Shown here piece by piece: positions 1 to 12,566 of a DNA stretch of 64,000 bases; the first letter of the stretch is position 1; every line of letters begins with the position of its first letter. The notes under the pieces were generated by a model. The model was not told the DNA's origin. It did not search any database and saw only the letters and a program-made list of their open reading frames with translations. The stretch spans positions 257,672,001 to 257,736,000 of the forward strand of contig OZ024742.1 of assembly GCA_964016885.1 (NCBI GenBank), in the 5' to 3' direction. The position numbers and the translations under genes are program-made. Source of the stretch: Eledone cirrhosa. Its lineage: Eukaryota.

Positions 1-1784
1 AGCGACATCTGCTTTGTGGTGAGAGTGAATGGTCACCTTTCGGAACCGTTCAACATCATGCGCTCGGTCCGCCAAGGATGTCCCCTCTCATCCTTCTTGT
101 ACGTATTGACTCTCGAGCCATTACTGCACAAACTGGAGACGTTGAGGGGCGTCCCGTGCAAACTAGGATGCGGAAGATCCGTGTCAGCATATGCGGACGA
201 TGTCACCGTAGTGGTGTCGAACGCCAAGCACATCGAGGTGATTGGCACTACACTAAGAGAATACGAAGCGGTTACAGGAGTAATGATCAACCAGGAACAG
301 TCAGTGGGCCTGCAGCTCGGCACCTGGAGAGACAGGTCCATGCCGTCCAACAGCGTCTTCGGTCGTTTGACGGACGGACCGGTTAAATTGCTCGGGTCTG
401 GTTCGTTCTGGATCCCTAGACGGACAAAAACTGGGACGAGGTGGCGAGCAGTGTCGCTTCTCTCACCCAGCATGGGCCGAGAGGAAGCTATCTCTGAATT
501 GTCGAGCGGAGGTGGCTAACGCGTATACCGTGTCCGTCATCTACTACCGCCTGACCGTCGTACCTTGTCCTAAGCCCCGCCTGACTGCGCAGGAGCGTTT
601 GCTCTTTCGCTTTTTGTGGATGGGACGCGTTCCGATGGTCAAGCTGTCCATCTGCTGTCAACACCCGCTACGAGGAGGGCTGGGAATTCCGTGGCTGATG
701 ATGCGCAGACACGCGCTCAGGCTACGACATCTCCACCTCTTCCTCGACGGTGATCAGGTGTGGTCGCCGTTTGCTACACGCGTCTTTCCCCCAGCTCGTC
801 CTGGGTCAAGCGAAGACCGAGTGGGAGCGCTTGGAGACTGGAATGTCTTCAGGCGCTCACAGCCCTCGACCAATTGGGCAATGTGATCGGTGGAAACTCG
901 ACCTTGGCGTTCTATAGAGGATTAGTGGAGGGGTAGAGCGACAACGTACTTGGGGAAACTCTAGGCGTCGACGAAAATCAACTAGCCAATCTCCTTGGAA
1001 GAACTTTCCGGCCGGGGCCTATGGACAACTTCCAGAAATCCCTGGCCTGGCAGTGCCACCGAGGAGCTTTGCCAGTTCGGGATAAACTCTACAGGCATTG
1101 AGGTGCTGTCAGCCGGGCATATCCGAGATCGCGCAGGGCGGCGAAACCGTCCTGCACGCACTCGTACAGTGTCCGAGCATTGCTGACTTGTGGTTTTATG
1201 TCGAACACCTGCTGTCACGTGTAGGACGGATCCAGCTATCAGCTGAGTCCATCGTAAGGATTTCCCCGCACTCTTCCTTTAGCCGGGAAGGGCAGGCAGT
1301 TTTCATCTGTCTGCTGGCCATGGCGAAAAGATAGTATGGTGGACACGTTTGAAAGGGCTGAAGACGAGCACTTACCTCTTCGGTGATGCCCAGATTAACT
1401 TTTTCAAATTTCATTTGAAAAGGAAAATCAGGGTAGAGAGGGAAGTGCTCTCTTCCCAGCATTTTGTTGAAAGATGGGTGAGAGACGCAAGTGTGGCCCG
1501 AGTGTATGGGCCTACTATGAGTATGTGTCTTTAAATTAAAGGTGGAAAACTTGGAGAGGGCACTTGCCCGGGTGGTCAGGGTTACAGTGGCCTTTTAATG
1601 GGCTTTCTCCACAAATGTCCTTCGGAAGTCTCACCCCTATTGGTGAATTGTTCAATGTTATTTTTACTACATGCTCTGTTTTTGTTTTTTACACGCAGAA
1701 ATGCCCATTTGTACCGTCCTGTATTGTCCTGCACTGTCCTTAAAGTCTACTTTATGTAAACCCTTGTGGTTAATAAAGAAATCA
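1..1784 (+). mobile_element. Tx1/L1-clade non-LTR retrotransposon, 3' part (degenerate ORF2 RT and C-terminus, 3' UTR)
   Basis: ORF pieces 16-519 (VRQGCPLS, AYADD), 512-886, 1098-1334 (ETVLHALVQC) and 1349-1534 are collinear with ORF2 of the element at 6.6-12.4 kb. Ends CCCTTGTGGTTAATAAAGAAATC followed by (ATT)n. Confidence 0.88.
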
Positions 1785-1813
1785 TTATTATCATTATTAT
1801 TATTATTTTTTTT

Positions 1814-4800
1814 CAGCTGCATTTATCTTGCTTTATGTTCATACGAGTTATCACCAAGTCACAACCAGTGACCTCACGAGACAACAAGGTCCGCCATGTT
1901 CAAGAAAGAACATACATACTCACACATGCATCGTTAGTGTTTAGACTTGTGATGTACTTATATTGACAGAATATTCCTTAGTATATGGGCATTTCCCATT
2001 AGTACTAACTTTTGTATTTCTCCTATACAAGGGTTTTCTGTGATGTGCGATAAGCAATCATTATACCCCTTAGGTATCATTCCTAGAGCGCCTACAACCA
2101 CTGGTATTGATTTAGTTCTCAATTTCCACATTTTTTCCAATTTCTATCTCCAGGTCCTTATACTTGCTCAATTTTTCAAATGTTTTGATAGATAGATTCT
2201 TGTCTATTGGAACGGACATATCAATTAGCAGGCATACCCACTTTTTAAAGTCCTTCAATATTATATCAGGTCTATTTGCATCTATTTTTCGGTCTGTTTG
2301 GATGCTAAAGTTCCACAAGATTGAGATGTGATCTTTTTCAAGTATAGGAGGTGGTTGATGCTCCCACCAATTCTTTTGATGGGAGAGGTAAACATGGTTA
2401 CACTTTATCCAATGTATGTATTGTGCAGCTCTGTCATGCCTGTTTAGGTATTCGGTTGGAGCTATAAGACTGCACGTTGAAATTATATGGTCAATGGTCT
2501 CTGGTTGTTTTTTGCATACACGGCATAATGGGCTGCATCCATTTTTTATTATGTTGGCTTGGTAATTTTTTGTTGGCAGACACTGATCTTGTGCTGATAT
2601 AATCAGTCCTTCAGTCTCCGATTTCAGTCCAGAGGATGCCAACCACTGATGGGTTAAAGTGTTGTCAACATCAGGATTGTTAGCTCGCTCTGTGTATTTT
2701 CCATACAGAGGCTTTCTTGCCATTTCTTAGCCAGTTTCTGTAGCAGTTCTTTCTTTGCAATTACTTTTACCTGCTTTGCTTTTTCTGTGTTTTCCATTTC
2801 AGCAGTAAATGGGACTTCTGAAATGTGTAGTCCATTACTGTATCTTTGTGCATCTTTTGTAATGGAGTATGATCTTTTGATGCTTTCGTGTTTCAAAACG
2901 AGTTTGATCATCCAATCATGTGATTCCCTTAGATATGTAGATAATCCAATTGTTGCAGTTTTCAACGCAATGTCTAACTGGATTAACCCACGTCCTCCTT
3001 CTTTCCTAGGGAGATATATTATATCTGTATCTGCCTTAGGGTGATGCATTCTGTGCATGGTTAAGTATTTTCGAATTTTTTTTATCGAGCCTACGTATCT
3101 CTGTGCTTGACCAGTTGATGACATTGTAACTGTAGGTTACTACTGGTATGGCAAGCATGTTTATGGCATCGATTCTATTCCTTGCATTCAATTCCGTTCT
3201 TAAGATTGCTCTTACTCTGCGGTAACATTCCTTCCTTATCCTATACCTCATTGTCGAGTGCTTGATTCCGTCTCCTTCACAAACACCTAGATATTTGTAA
3301 GTTTCCTCTTGAACAAGTTATCTTATCACATTCCCTCGATCAAGATTAATGTCTGAACTTTTCAGCAGCTTTCCACTGGTGAACGTTGCTTTGGCGCATT
3401 TATCTAGTCCAAACTCCATTTTAATGTCATCACTCAACTGCTCCACAGTAGATAATAGCCCTTGCAATTGTTCATCATTTTTTGCAAATAGTTTCAGGTC
3501 ATCCATGTAGAACATGTGATTAATGGTTTTGTCATAGACTTTATATCCATGTTTTGTTTCATTGAGCATTTTACTTAATGGTATAAGTGCGATGCAGAAT
3601 AAAAGCGGTGATAAAGAGTCACCCTGAAAAATTCAACAATTAATTGTTTCTACCTTTGGCACAAGGCCAGCAATTATCCAGTACATTACTGGTACTTTAT
3701 TTTATCGACCCCGCAAGGATGAAAGGCAAAGTCAACCTCGGCGGGATTTGAACTCAGATCGTAAAGGGACGTAACTATGCTGGAAAGCATGGCGTCCGAC
3801 CCTCTACCGATACTGCCAATCCACCGCCTTGAAAAATTCAACAATTAATATTAACTTCTCCAGCTTTGTTTCACTATTCAAAAGGAGTGTCGTTTTCCAT
3901 GTCTTCATACTGAATGACAAAAACCTCCTGACAACGGGGTATGTTTTGAAAATCCCTAAACATCTTTCAATCCAACTGTGTGGCAAACTATCGAATGCTT
4001 TTTTATAATCTATCCAAGCAATTGATAGATTTTTGTGTCTATTATGACAATCTTCCAGTATCATTTTGTTAACCAAAAGCTGATCCTTACAGCCATATGA
4101 GCCTCGTTTACACCCTTTCTGCTCAATGGGAAATAGGTAATTTGTTATCAGGTGGTCATATGTATATTTAATTAGGATTGATGTTAAAATATTATACATT
4201 GTGGTCAAGCAAGTTATCGGTCTGTAATTTTTGGGATTGTTTGTCTCATCATTCTTCGGAAGCAGGAATGTATTACCGTTAACTAGACATGATGGTATCT
4301 TTTCTGGCTCCTTATCTATTCCATTGTAAAGTTGTGCTAACAGCTCATGAGACTCTGTGAAGGCATTTATCCAAAGATTTTGTATTTTGTCTTTTCCTGG
4401 GGATTTCCATCTGCTGGTTTTTCTAAGAGACAAACGCAACTGTTCAACTGTTATATTTTCCCTTATTTGTTCCTCAAGGTGAGCTGTATCTTTCATTTGT
4501 CTGGAGCATGTATATTATGAACTTTTTCTTCGGCCCAGATCTTTTCCCAGAATTCTTGCACTTCCTCCTTGGGTGGTATTGATTTAGCAGTTATTGTTGA
4601 CTTACCAATTTTTCTGTAGAAGTTTCTTTGGTTGGTTTTGAACATATTATTGTCCTTATAGAATCTAGATCGTTTTTCAAAGCGCTGTATACGAGCAGCT
4701 TTGGCCGACACTTTTTGCTTGATTATTTCTACCAGCATCCCTATGTCACTTGTTGGTTTTATACTGTACTTTCTTTTCAATTTTCTAAGGTTAGTTTGTT

Positions 4801-5055
4801 TAACATGTTCACCTACTTTATAGTTTTTTTTAATTTCTATGTCAGATCGGAGAAGGTTTATTTGGCGATTGATGTTCTCTTGCCAAGTAGATTTCTTGTG
4901 GCAATTCCTTAGTTTTTTCATCTTCACTCCACATAAGTGAGTGGTGACTTTAGCCGATGCATAATAGAGATGATTTAAATCAGTAATGTTTAGTTTGTTT
5001 GGAATGATAATGTTTTTGATAATTATGTTAGTCTTGTGTATTATCTTGTGTATTT
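1814..5055 (-). mobile_element. R4/Dong-clade non-LTR retrotransposon (RT + restriction-like endonuclease), family 1, copy 1; 5'-truncated and frameshifted
   Basis: Minus-strand ORF pieces: KSPGKDKI, NYRPITCL, GCKRGSYGCKDQLL, WIDYKKAFDSLPHSW, HMFYMDDLKLF, zinc knuckle CRVC..ETIDHIISTC, RHD, NRPDII, LIDMSVP..EKLSKYKDL, PVVVGALG. About 145-nt 3' UTR abutting (TAA)n. Confidence 0.9.
3645..3829 (-). mobile_element. tRNA-derived SINE (Nin/Deu-domain type), full length, inserted in the Dong RT
   Basis: Minus strand has an A-box-like TGGCAGTATCGG, a B-box GAGTTCAAATCCC and the core GCCTTTCATCCTTGCGGGGTCGATAAA. Flanked by a 20-bp direct repeat TGAAAAATTCAACAATTAAT (3625-3644 and 3830-3849), read as a TSD. 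Confidence 0.9.
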
Positions 5056-5102
5056 TCTTCTTCTTCTTCTTCTTCTTCTTCTTATTATTATTATTATTAT
5101 TA
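5056..5102. repeat. (TTC)n(TTA)n microsatellite between two Dong copies
   Basis: Direct reading. Confidence 0.95.
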
Positions 5103-6559
5103 CAGTTGCATTTATCTTGCTTTATGTTCATACGAGTTATCACCAAGTCACAACCAGTGACCTCACGAGACAAAAAGGTCCGCCATGTTCAAGAAAGAAC
5201 ATACATACTCACACATGCACCTTTAGTGTTTAGACTTGTGATGTACTTATATTGACAGAATCTTCCTTAGTATATGGGCAGTTCCCATTAGTACTATCTT
5301 TTGTATTTCCCCTATACGCGGGTTTTCTGTGATGTTCGATAAGTAATCATTAGACCCCTTAGGCATCATTGCCAGAGCGCCTACAACCACTGGTATCGTT
5401 TTAGTTCTCAATTTCCACATTTTTCCAATTTCTATCTCCAGGTCCTTATAATTGCTCTATTTTTCAAATGTTTATATAGATACATTCTTGTCTATTGGAA
5501 CGGACATATCAATTAGCAGGCATACCCTCTTTTTAAAGTCCTTCAATATTATATCAGGTCTATTTGCATCTATTTTTCGGTCTGTTTGGATGATAAAGTT
5601 CCACGAGATTGAGATGTGATCTTTTTCATGTATGGGAGGTGGTTGATGCTCCCACCAATTCTTTTGATGGGGCAGGTCAAAATGCTTACACATTATCCAA
5701 TGTATGTATTGTGCAGCTCTGTCATGCCTGTTTAGGTATTCGGTTGGAGCTATAGGACTGCACATTGAAATTATATGGTCAATGGTCTCTGGTTGTTTTT
5801 TGCATACACGGCATAATGGGTTGGATCCATTTTTTATTATGTTGGCTTGTAGCCAGTTTCTGTAGCAGTTCTTTCTTTGCAGTTACTTTTACCTGCTTTG
5901 CTTTTTCTGTGTTTTCCATTTCAGCAGCAAATGGGACTTCTGGAATGTGTAGTCCATTACTGTATCTTTGTGCATCTTTTGTAATGGAGTATGATCTTTT
6001 GATGCTTTCGTGTTTCAAAACGAGTTTGATCATCCAATCATGTGATTCCCTTAGATATGTAGATAATCCAATTGTTGCAGTTTTCAACGCAATGTCTAAC
6101 TGGATTAACCCACGTACTCCTTCTTTCCTAGGGAGATATATTCTATCTGTATCTGCCTTAGGGTGATGCATTCTGTGCATGGTTAAGAATTTTCGAATGT
6201 TTGTATCGAGCCTACGGATCACTGTGCTTGACCAGTTGATGACATTGTAACTGTAGGTTACTACTGGTATGGCAAGCGTGTTTATGGCATCGATCCTATT
6301 CCTTGCATTCAATTCCGTTCTTAAGATTGCTCTTACTCTGCGGTAACATTCCTTCCTTATCCTTTCCCTCATTGTCGAGTGCTTTATTCCGTCTCCTTCA
6401 CAAACACCTAGATATTTGTAAGTTTTTTCTTGATCAAGTTCTCTTATCACATTCCCCCGATCAAGATTAATGTCTGAACTTTCCATCAGCTCTCCTCTGG
6501 TGAACGTTGTGGGGCATTTATCTAGTCCAAACTCCATTTTAATGTCATCACTGAACTGC

Positions 6560-6560
<1 letters not shown>
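5103..6560 (-). mobile_element. R4/Dong family 1, copy 2; 5'-truncated with a ~166-bp internal deletion
   Basis: Highly similar to 1814-3440. ORF pieces 5779-6537 (YKYLG, HPKADTDRIYLPRKEG) and 5472-5765 (RHD, NRPD). Junction GTTGGCTTG|TAGCCAG lacks the equivalent of 2562-2727. Confidence 0.9.
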
Positions 6561-6632
<72 letters not shown>

Positions 6633-6867
6633 TTTTATTATGACCGCACATGTGTGAAGACAGACAAGTCTGCGGAGGAAAAGGTTCGTAGCTTTAAGAT
6701 GTTTCAAAGTGTGTTTTTTTTGTATTTTCTTGTCATTAACGAAACTTAAGGTACACATCTTGATTTAAAGAGAGGGATACCTCTCAATATTCGGGCTTTA
6801 AGCCCGAATATTCAGATTTATTTTTTAAAAACTTCGAAAAAAATCGCTTCCCCACCAAAATAAAATT

Positions 6868-8640
6868 ATGGAAATTTTCGACCTTGAAACGGTAAACAAC
6901 GTTCAGGTCAAAAGTTTAAAGGCAGCCACTGCAGATTTCACCACGACTACGACGGCTACAGTCATGCCTGTCATCCACTCTACTGAATGTGAAGGCAAAA
7001 CTAAAAAGCTACCATCACAACCTTCTGTGATAGCAGTAGTATCATCTGAAAACGACATCACCACCACCGCCACCACCACCACCACCACAACGAAAACTCA
7101 GAGCAATAACGACAATAACACCGACAGCTTCAATGTAAACAAGGATGGCGGTGGCAACAGCAAGAATGACAACAACAACAATAAGAGCATCAGAAACACC
7201 ACATTTGCTGCAGCAGCAGCAAAAACAAAGCGCTTATTGAATATTGATATTGATATTAGCGATAAAGACGAACAGTTGGCCAAAGCGTGGAGGATAATTA
7301 AACGGGAGAAGTCCTGGGAAAACCTGACCATCCCGGTCGAGGCGATAGCGGCCATGCAAAGGAGGACGGTGCTCTTTCGATGTATTTCGGTGCAGACACG
7401 AAAAGTGGAACTTGCGAGCCAAGCAGAGGTAGAGGCTGCTTTGGAGTACATCGGAAGTAACATAGAGTACAAAGCAAGAGACAAACAGTTCGGTACCATC
7501 TCGGTACTGTTCAAAACCGAGGCCCTCGCTATTAGCACTCGGGGACCCCCTGCAGAACGGAACGCATTATCATGCATCCGTCCTATATGGGTAAAGGGAC
7601 AGTGAAGGTACGCATTCCCAGCATCCCACCAGGAATGAACATATGGTGGCTGCTGGAATGCGTAATCGAGGAGAGGACAGACACCACCCTCCTGGACATC
7701 AAAAGGACAGAGAGAAAGGACTGGTCCGTAATGGATTTGGAGATTCTTCTCCAAATGAAACCGGAGGATATGCATAATATCCCAGATTTTGCCCGCCTGC
7801 AGGACGGGACAACAATCCAACTAGTGATTGACGGAAGAAGGCCACGCTGCTTCGTTTGCGGGGAGGCATCGCATCTTCAAGCCTTCTGCCCTCAGCGCAA
7901 AAATGCAGGTGGTCGCAAACCTCCTTTGTTGCCAACGCCAGTGTCAGCACGGAAAGCTGCACCACCACCACCACCAAAAACAACATCAACAAAAACACGG
8001 ACACCAACACCAAAAGCAGCCGGATCACCAACAACACCAAAACCAATCCAAGGAGAAAACGAGGAAAGCTCTCCCACTCCCCCTACCCCCCAAATTATAC
8101 ACTAGAAAAAAAATAAATAAACGCACACACAGACACAGAGACACTCGCAGACACAGACCCGTTGTCTTCCAGCAGCGAAGATGAAGGAAAACCCAAAAGT
8201 GCAAAAAAACAGAGAAAACTCACAAAACAAAGCCCCAACGAAACACAAAAACACACACAACAAAAAATACAGACACCACTAACGCAAACACTTCCCCAAT
8301 AACATCAGCACCATCAGCAACATCGACACCACCTCCACAATCCCCGAACGCAAACAACCTAAACAAACACAAGTACAAATAAACACACAAATACCTGAAA
8401 TTGCAGACACCACACCTACAACAAACATAGACATACCCGAAACAACACCACCAAAACCATCGCCACCACCTTCACCAAAACGAAAACACATATAACCACA
8501 CCAACAAAATGTTAAAAACTTCGTGCTTGTCAGAAGGGCCAACGATAAACTGATGGCCGTCTTAGCGCGAAGCGAGGACATTCAAACAGAGGGGGACATT
8601 TTTGAAATGAGCACATTTTGCATGCCAGAAGATTTGCTTC
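6868..8640 (+). pseudogene. Tx1 ORF1 (gag-like nucleic-acid-binding protein), frameshifted
   Basis: ORFs 6868-7605 and 7572-8105. The latter has a zinc knuckle CFVCGEASHLQAFC followed by a Pro/Thr-rich tail. The end coordinate is approximate. Confidence 0.7.
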
Positions 8641-8678
8641 TGGTCCGAATGTCCCTCTCTCTCTCTTAGCTTACCAAT

Positions 8679-11600
8679 ATGGCCATATTAAGAGTAGGAA
8701 GTTTAAATGTTCGCGGCCTGGGGTCACCCTGGAAGCAGGGTCGCCTGCTCAACGACCTCCGGTCGCTGGAAATGGATGTGATTGCCATAAGCGAGACCAG
8801 AATTTCCGACACGCGCGCACTAGCCCCCATTTTCGACGACTATCAGATCTTCGCATCTGTTAGCAGGCCGGGAATGGGGGGTGGGGTGACAGTGCTGTTT
8901 AGGAAAGGACTGGATCTCGTGGTAAGGTCGAAATTCCGGGACCCGGACGGTAAGTTGGTGGTCTTGGATGTGAGCAGTAGCGAAGGTGGTGCCTTTAGAC
9001 TGCTGGCCGTCTACGCCCCTACAGGGGCCGGACGACCTGACTTCTTTAGGCGCCTGGAGACCTTTCTGGGTACGTCTCGCCCTTTACTGTTAGCGGGGGA
9101 CTGGAATGGCATCTTAGACGCACGCTGGGATTGTGTGGGAGTAGCCGATAGGAGCGGGGGGATGCAAAAGCCTCAAGCACCTACTCAGCCAGTTCCAACT
9201 GTCTGACAGGTATCGACTAGATTTACCCAATGTGCCAGTATGGACATGGACCAACCGAATGGGGTCATCTAGATCGTATATAGACAGTATCTTCATTAGG
9301 AAAATAGATAGAAATAGTGTGGGCTGTCCACTTTTTAAAACGGTCGCCTATTCAGATCAAAAATTTGTGATCTGTACGGTCGACCTAAATAAAACGCGTA
9401 GGTTAGGACCGGGTTACTGGAAGCTGAACATGTCATTTCCGGCACGTAAGGCTTACAGGGACCGAGTCAACAAGTTAGTTAAGCAAAAGTTGACAGGGGG
9501 CGATGATCAACAACAGATGGTGGGGGGGGGCTCTCAAAAGAGAGATTAGAGTAACTTCGATAGAGTTCAGCAAAGAACTAGCGTTAGAGAAAAATAGAAA
9601 CGAGGGGGAGCTGGTAGATAAGTTAGACGAGGCTATTTGTAGTGGCATCGCCACTGACGTGCTAGCGGCGAGAATGGCATTAGACCATTTCTTCAATGCC
9701 AAACACGAAGGTTGTATTGTCAGAGCTAAAGCACGTGCGCTGAGAAACGAGGGAACTAAAGCTGTTGGATGGGCCCGCTTGGCGGAGGCGCAGCGTGGTA
9801 ATAAAACCACAATTCGGTCTTTGGCGGACCGAGACGGACACGAGATAAGCGATTCCAAGCGGATGTGTGAGGCCTTTCGCCAGCACTTTGCTCGGTTGTT
9901 CATGGAGAGTGACTAGTCAGAAAGAGTAGCGGATTTCAGTCCCTACCTTGACTGCTTGCCGCGCATCTCGACGGTCGACGCTGAGCACTGCGAAAGGCCG
10001 ATTACTTCAGCCGAAATTCAGGACGCCCTTGTCGGCTCCATGAGGTGCAAGTCACCAGGTTTGGATGGCCTGCCCTACGAGCTTTACGTAAATATGCCAG
10101 ACTTGTTCTCCGAACGCCTCGAAGCACTCTACTGTAACTGGCAGCAGAATGGGAGTATTCCCAGTTCTGCGAGCAGGGGAGTGGTGACGCTGATAAGGAA
10201 AGTCGAGAACAAGAGGGATACATTAGACAACTTCAGGCCCATAACTCTGCTCAACACAGAGTTTAAGATTTTGGCCAAGGTGTTAGCAAAGAGATTGGCG
10301 CTTGTCGTCGAGGATTTGGTTGGGGAGGCGCAAACTTGCGCATCCCAGCCAGGTCCATACACGACAATCTCTACCTCATGCGATACATCATAGAGGGGGT
10401 AGGGTGTAAACCTGGCTTCGGTGGGGGCACTGATCAATTTAGATCAATCGAAAGCATTCGATAGGGTCGACCATCGGTATCTGGAGTTTGTCCTCAAAGC
10501 AGCTGGCTTCGGCCCTGTCTTTAGAAGCTGGATCGTCACAATGCACAGCGGCACACGCTCGGTGGTCAACGTTAATGGCCACCTCTCGGAACTATTTCGG
10601 CTCTACCGATCGATCCGTCAAGGGTGCCCTCTCTCTTCCCTTCTGTACGTATTGACTCTCGAGCCTTTACTGCGGAAGCTGGAGCTGTTGCAGGGCATCC
10701 CGCTCGAACCGGGACGTGGAAAGGCGGTGTCGGCTTATGCGGACGACATCACCGTGATGGTGTCGAACATCTCAGAAATCGAGGTGGTCAGCACCTTATT
10801 GAAGGAATATGAAAGGTTGACAGGAGCCAAACTTAACCCGGAAAAGTCGGTGGGCTTGCATCTCGGAACCTGGAGAGGCAAGCCCATGCCGTCCAACAGC
10901 GTCGTGGGGCGCTGGACGGACGGACCAGTAAAGTTGCTCGGGGTTTGGTTCGGACCAGACCTCCAGGTGGAAAAGAATTGGGACGAGGTAACGAGCAGAG
11001 TAGCCAGTCTTACCCAAAAATGGGCTGGGAGGAAGCTATCACTGAAAGGTCGCGCGGAGGTGGCAAATGCGTACATTGCGTCCGTCATCTACTACCGCCT
11101 AACCGTCGTGCCTTGCCCCCGTCCGCGCCTCGTCAAGTTGGAACGGCTCCTCTTCAAATTCTTGTGGAGGGGACAAGTTCCGTTGGTGAGGCGGTCCATC
11201 TGCTGCCAGCACCCTCTACGCGGAGGGCTGGGCATGCCGTGGCTAATGATGCGCAGACATGCGTTGAGGCTGCGACATCTCCAGATATTCTGCCTCAATG
11301 GTGAACAGGTGTGGTCGCCGTTTATCAGACGGGCCTTTCCGCAGCTCATTTCTTTGACTGAGCTGCAGTCCTGAGTCAAGAAGAGACCGAGACTGGGTGA
11401 CTGGCACCTGGAATGTTTCCAGGCACTCACTGCCCTCTACCATGCGGGCAATGCGATCAGTGGAACTTCCACTCTCGAGTTCTATAGAGGATTAGTGGTG
11501 GGCAAGTGCGATGACGCACTCGGAGAAGCTTTGGGCCTCGACGAAGTCGAACTGACCAGTCTGTACCGGAGGACTTGTGAGCCGGGGACGATGGACAATT

Positions 11601-12092
11601 TCCAGAAATCCCTCGCTTGGCAGTGCTACCGGGGGGCACTGCCGGTTCGGGATAACCTCTACAGGCACGGAAGTGCTGTCAGACGGACCTGCCCAAGATG
11701 CGCACAGAACGACGAAACCGTTCTGCACGCACTTGTCCAATGTCCGTGCATTACTGAATTGTGGAGTTATGTCGAACAGCTACTGTCGCGTGTGGAACGA
11801 ATCCGGCTATCGGCCGAGTCCATAGTGAAGATCGAGCCGCCACCTTCCTTAGGCCATTTTCCTCTGTCTGGTGGCAGTTGCGAAAGAGGTTATATGGTGG
11901 ACCAGGTTGAAAGGACTAAAGACAGACACTTTTCTCTTCGGCCAATCCCTCATCAACTTCTTCAAGTTTCACCTGGAATGGAGGGTGAGGGTGGAGAGAG
12001 AAGTGCTGCCCCCCTGTACATTTGCTAAAAGGTGGGTGAATGTGGCGAGAATGGCTCGTGTGAATGGGCCTACTCTGACCATGCGCCTATAG
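8679..12092 (+). pseudogene. Tx1 ORF2 (AP endonuclease + reverse transcriptase), disrupted
   Basis: APE motifs GSLNVRGL, ISETR, AVYAP, LAGDWN, YIDSIF. RT motifs KSPGLDGLPYE, NFRPITLLNTEFKILAK, LDQSKAFDRVDH, RQGCPLS, AYADD. C-terminal CPRC..ETVLHALVQC. Confidence 0.9.
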
Positions 12093-12394
12093 GCTGGCTA
12101 ACTTGAGGAGAGGGGTGCTCTCCTGGGTGCCCTAGAAGCGCAGGGTGGTTCAGGATTGGTGGGGTACCCGAATCACCCCAGGGTCGTCCACCCCCTATCG
12201 GGGCATTTATTTTGTTATATTTATGCATAGTTTATTTAATATTTTTATATTTTCATTGTTAAATTAGTCTTGCCATGGTGCACTTTTACTCGACCTTATT
12301 GTAAACCCCCACTGACCCTGTCTTTGTATTGTCCCCTACATGTCGGCCCTTGTGGCTAATAAATGAAATCATTATTATTATTATTATTATTATT

Positions 12395-12547
12395 GGAAGC
12401 CATGCTTTCAAGCATAGTTACGTCCCTTTACAGTCTGAGTTCAAATCCCGCCTAGGTTAACTTTGCCTTTCATCCTTACGGGGTCGATAAAATAAAGTGC
12501 CAGTAATACACTGGGTAATTACTGGCCTTGTGCCTAAAGTAGAAACA
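12395..12547 (+). mobile_element. tRNA-derived SINE, 5'-truncated, inside (ATT)n
   Basis: Same family as 3645-3829 (GAGTTCAAATCCCGCC, GCCTTTCATCCTTACGGGGTCGATAAA). ATT repeats on both sides. Confidence 0.9.
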
Positions 12548-12566
12548 ATTATTATTATTATTATTA

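Larger units (their letters stand above)
6628..12370 (+). mobile_element. Tx1/L1-clade non-LTR retrotransposon, apparently full length, flanked by (ATT)n on both sides
   Basis: 5' UTR, ORF1 with CCHC knuckle, ORF2 with APE + RT + cysteine motif, 3' UTR ending GGCCCTTGTGGCTAATAAATGAAATC(ATT)n. Several frameshifts and stops. Confidence 0.9.
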
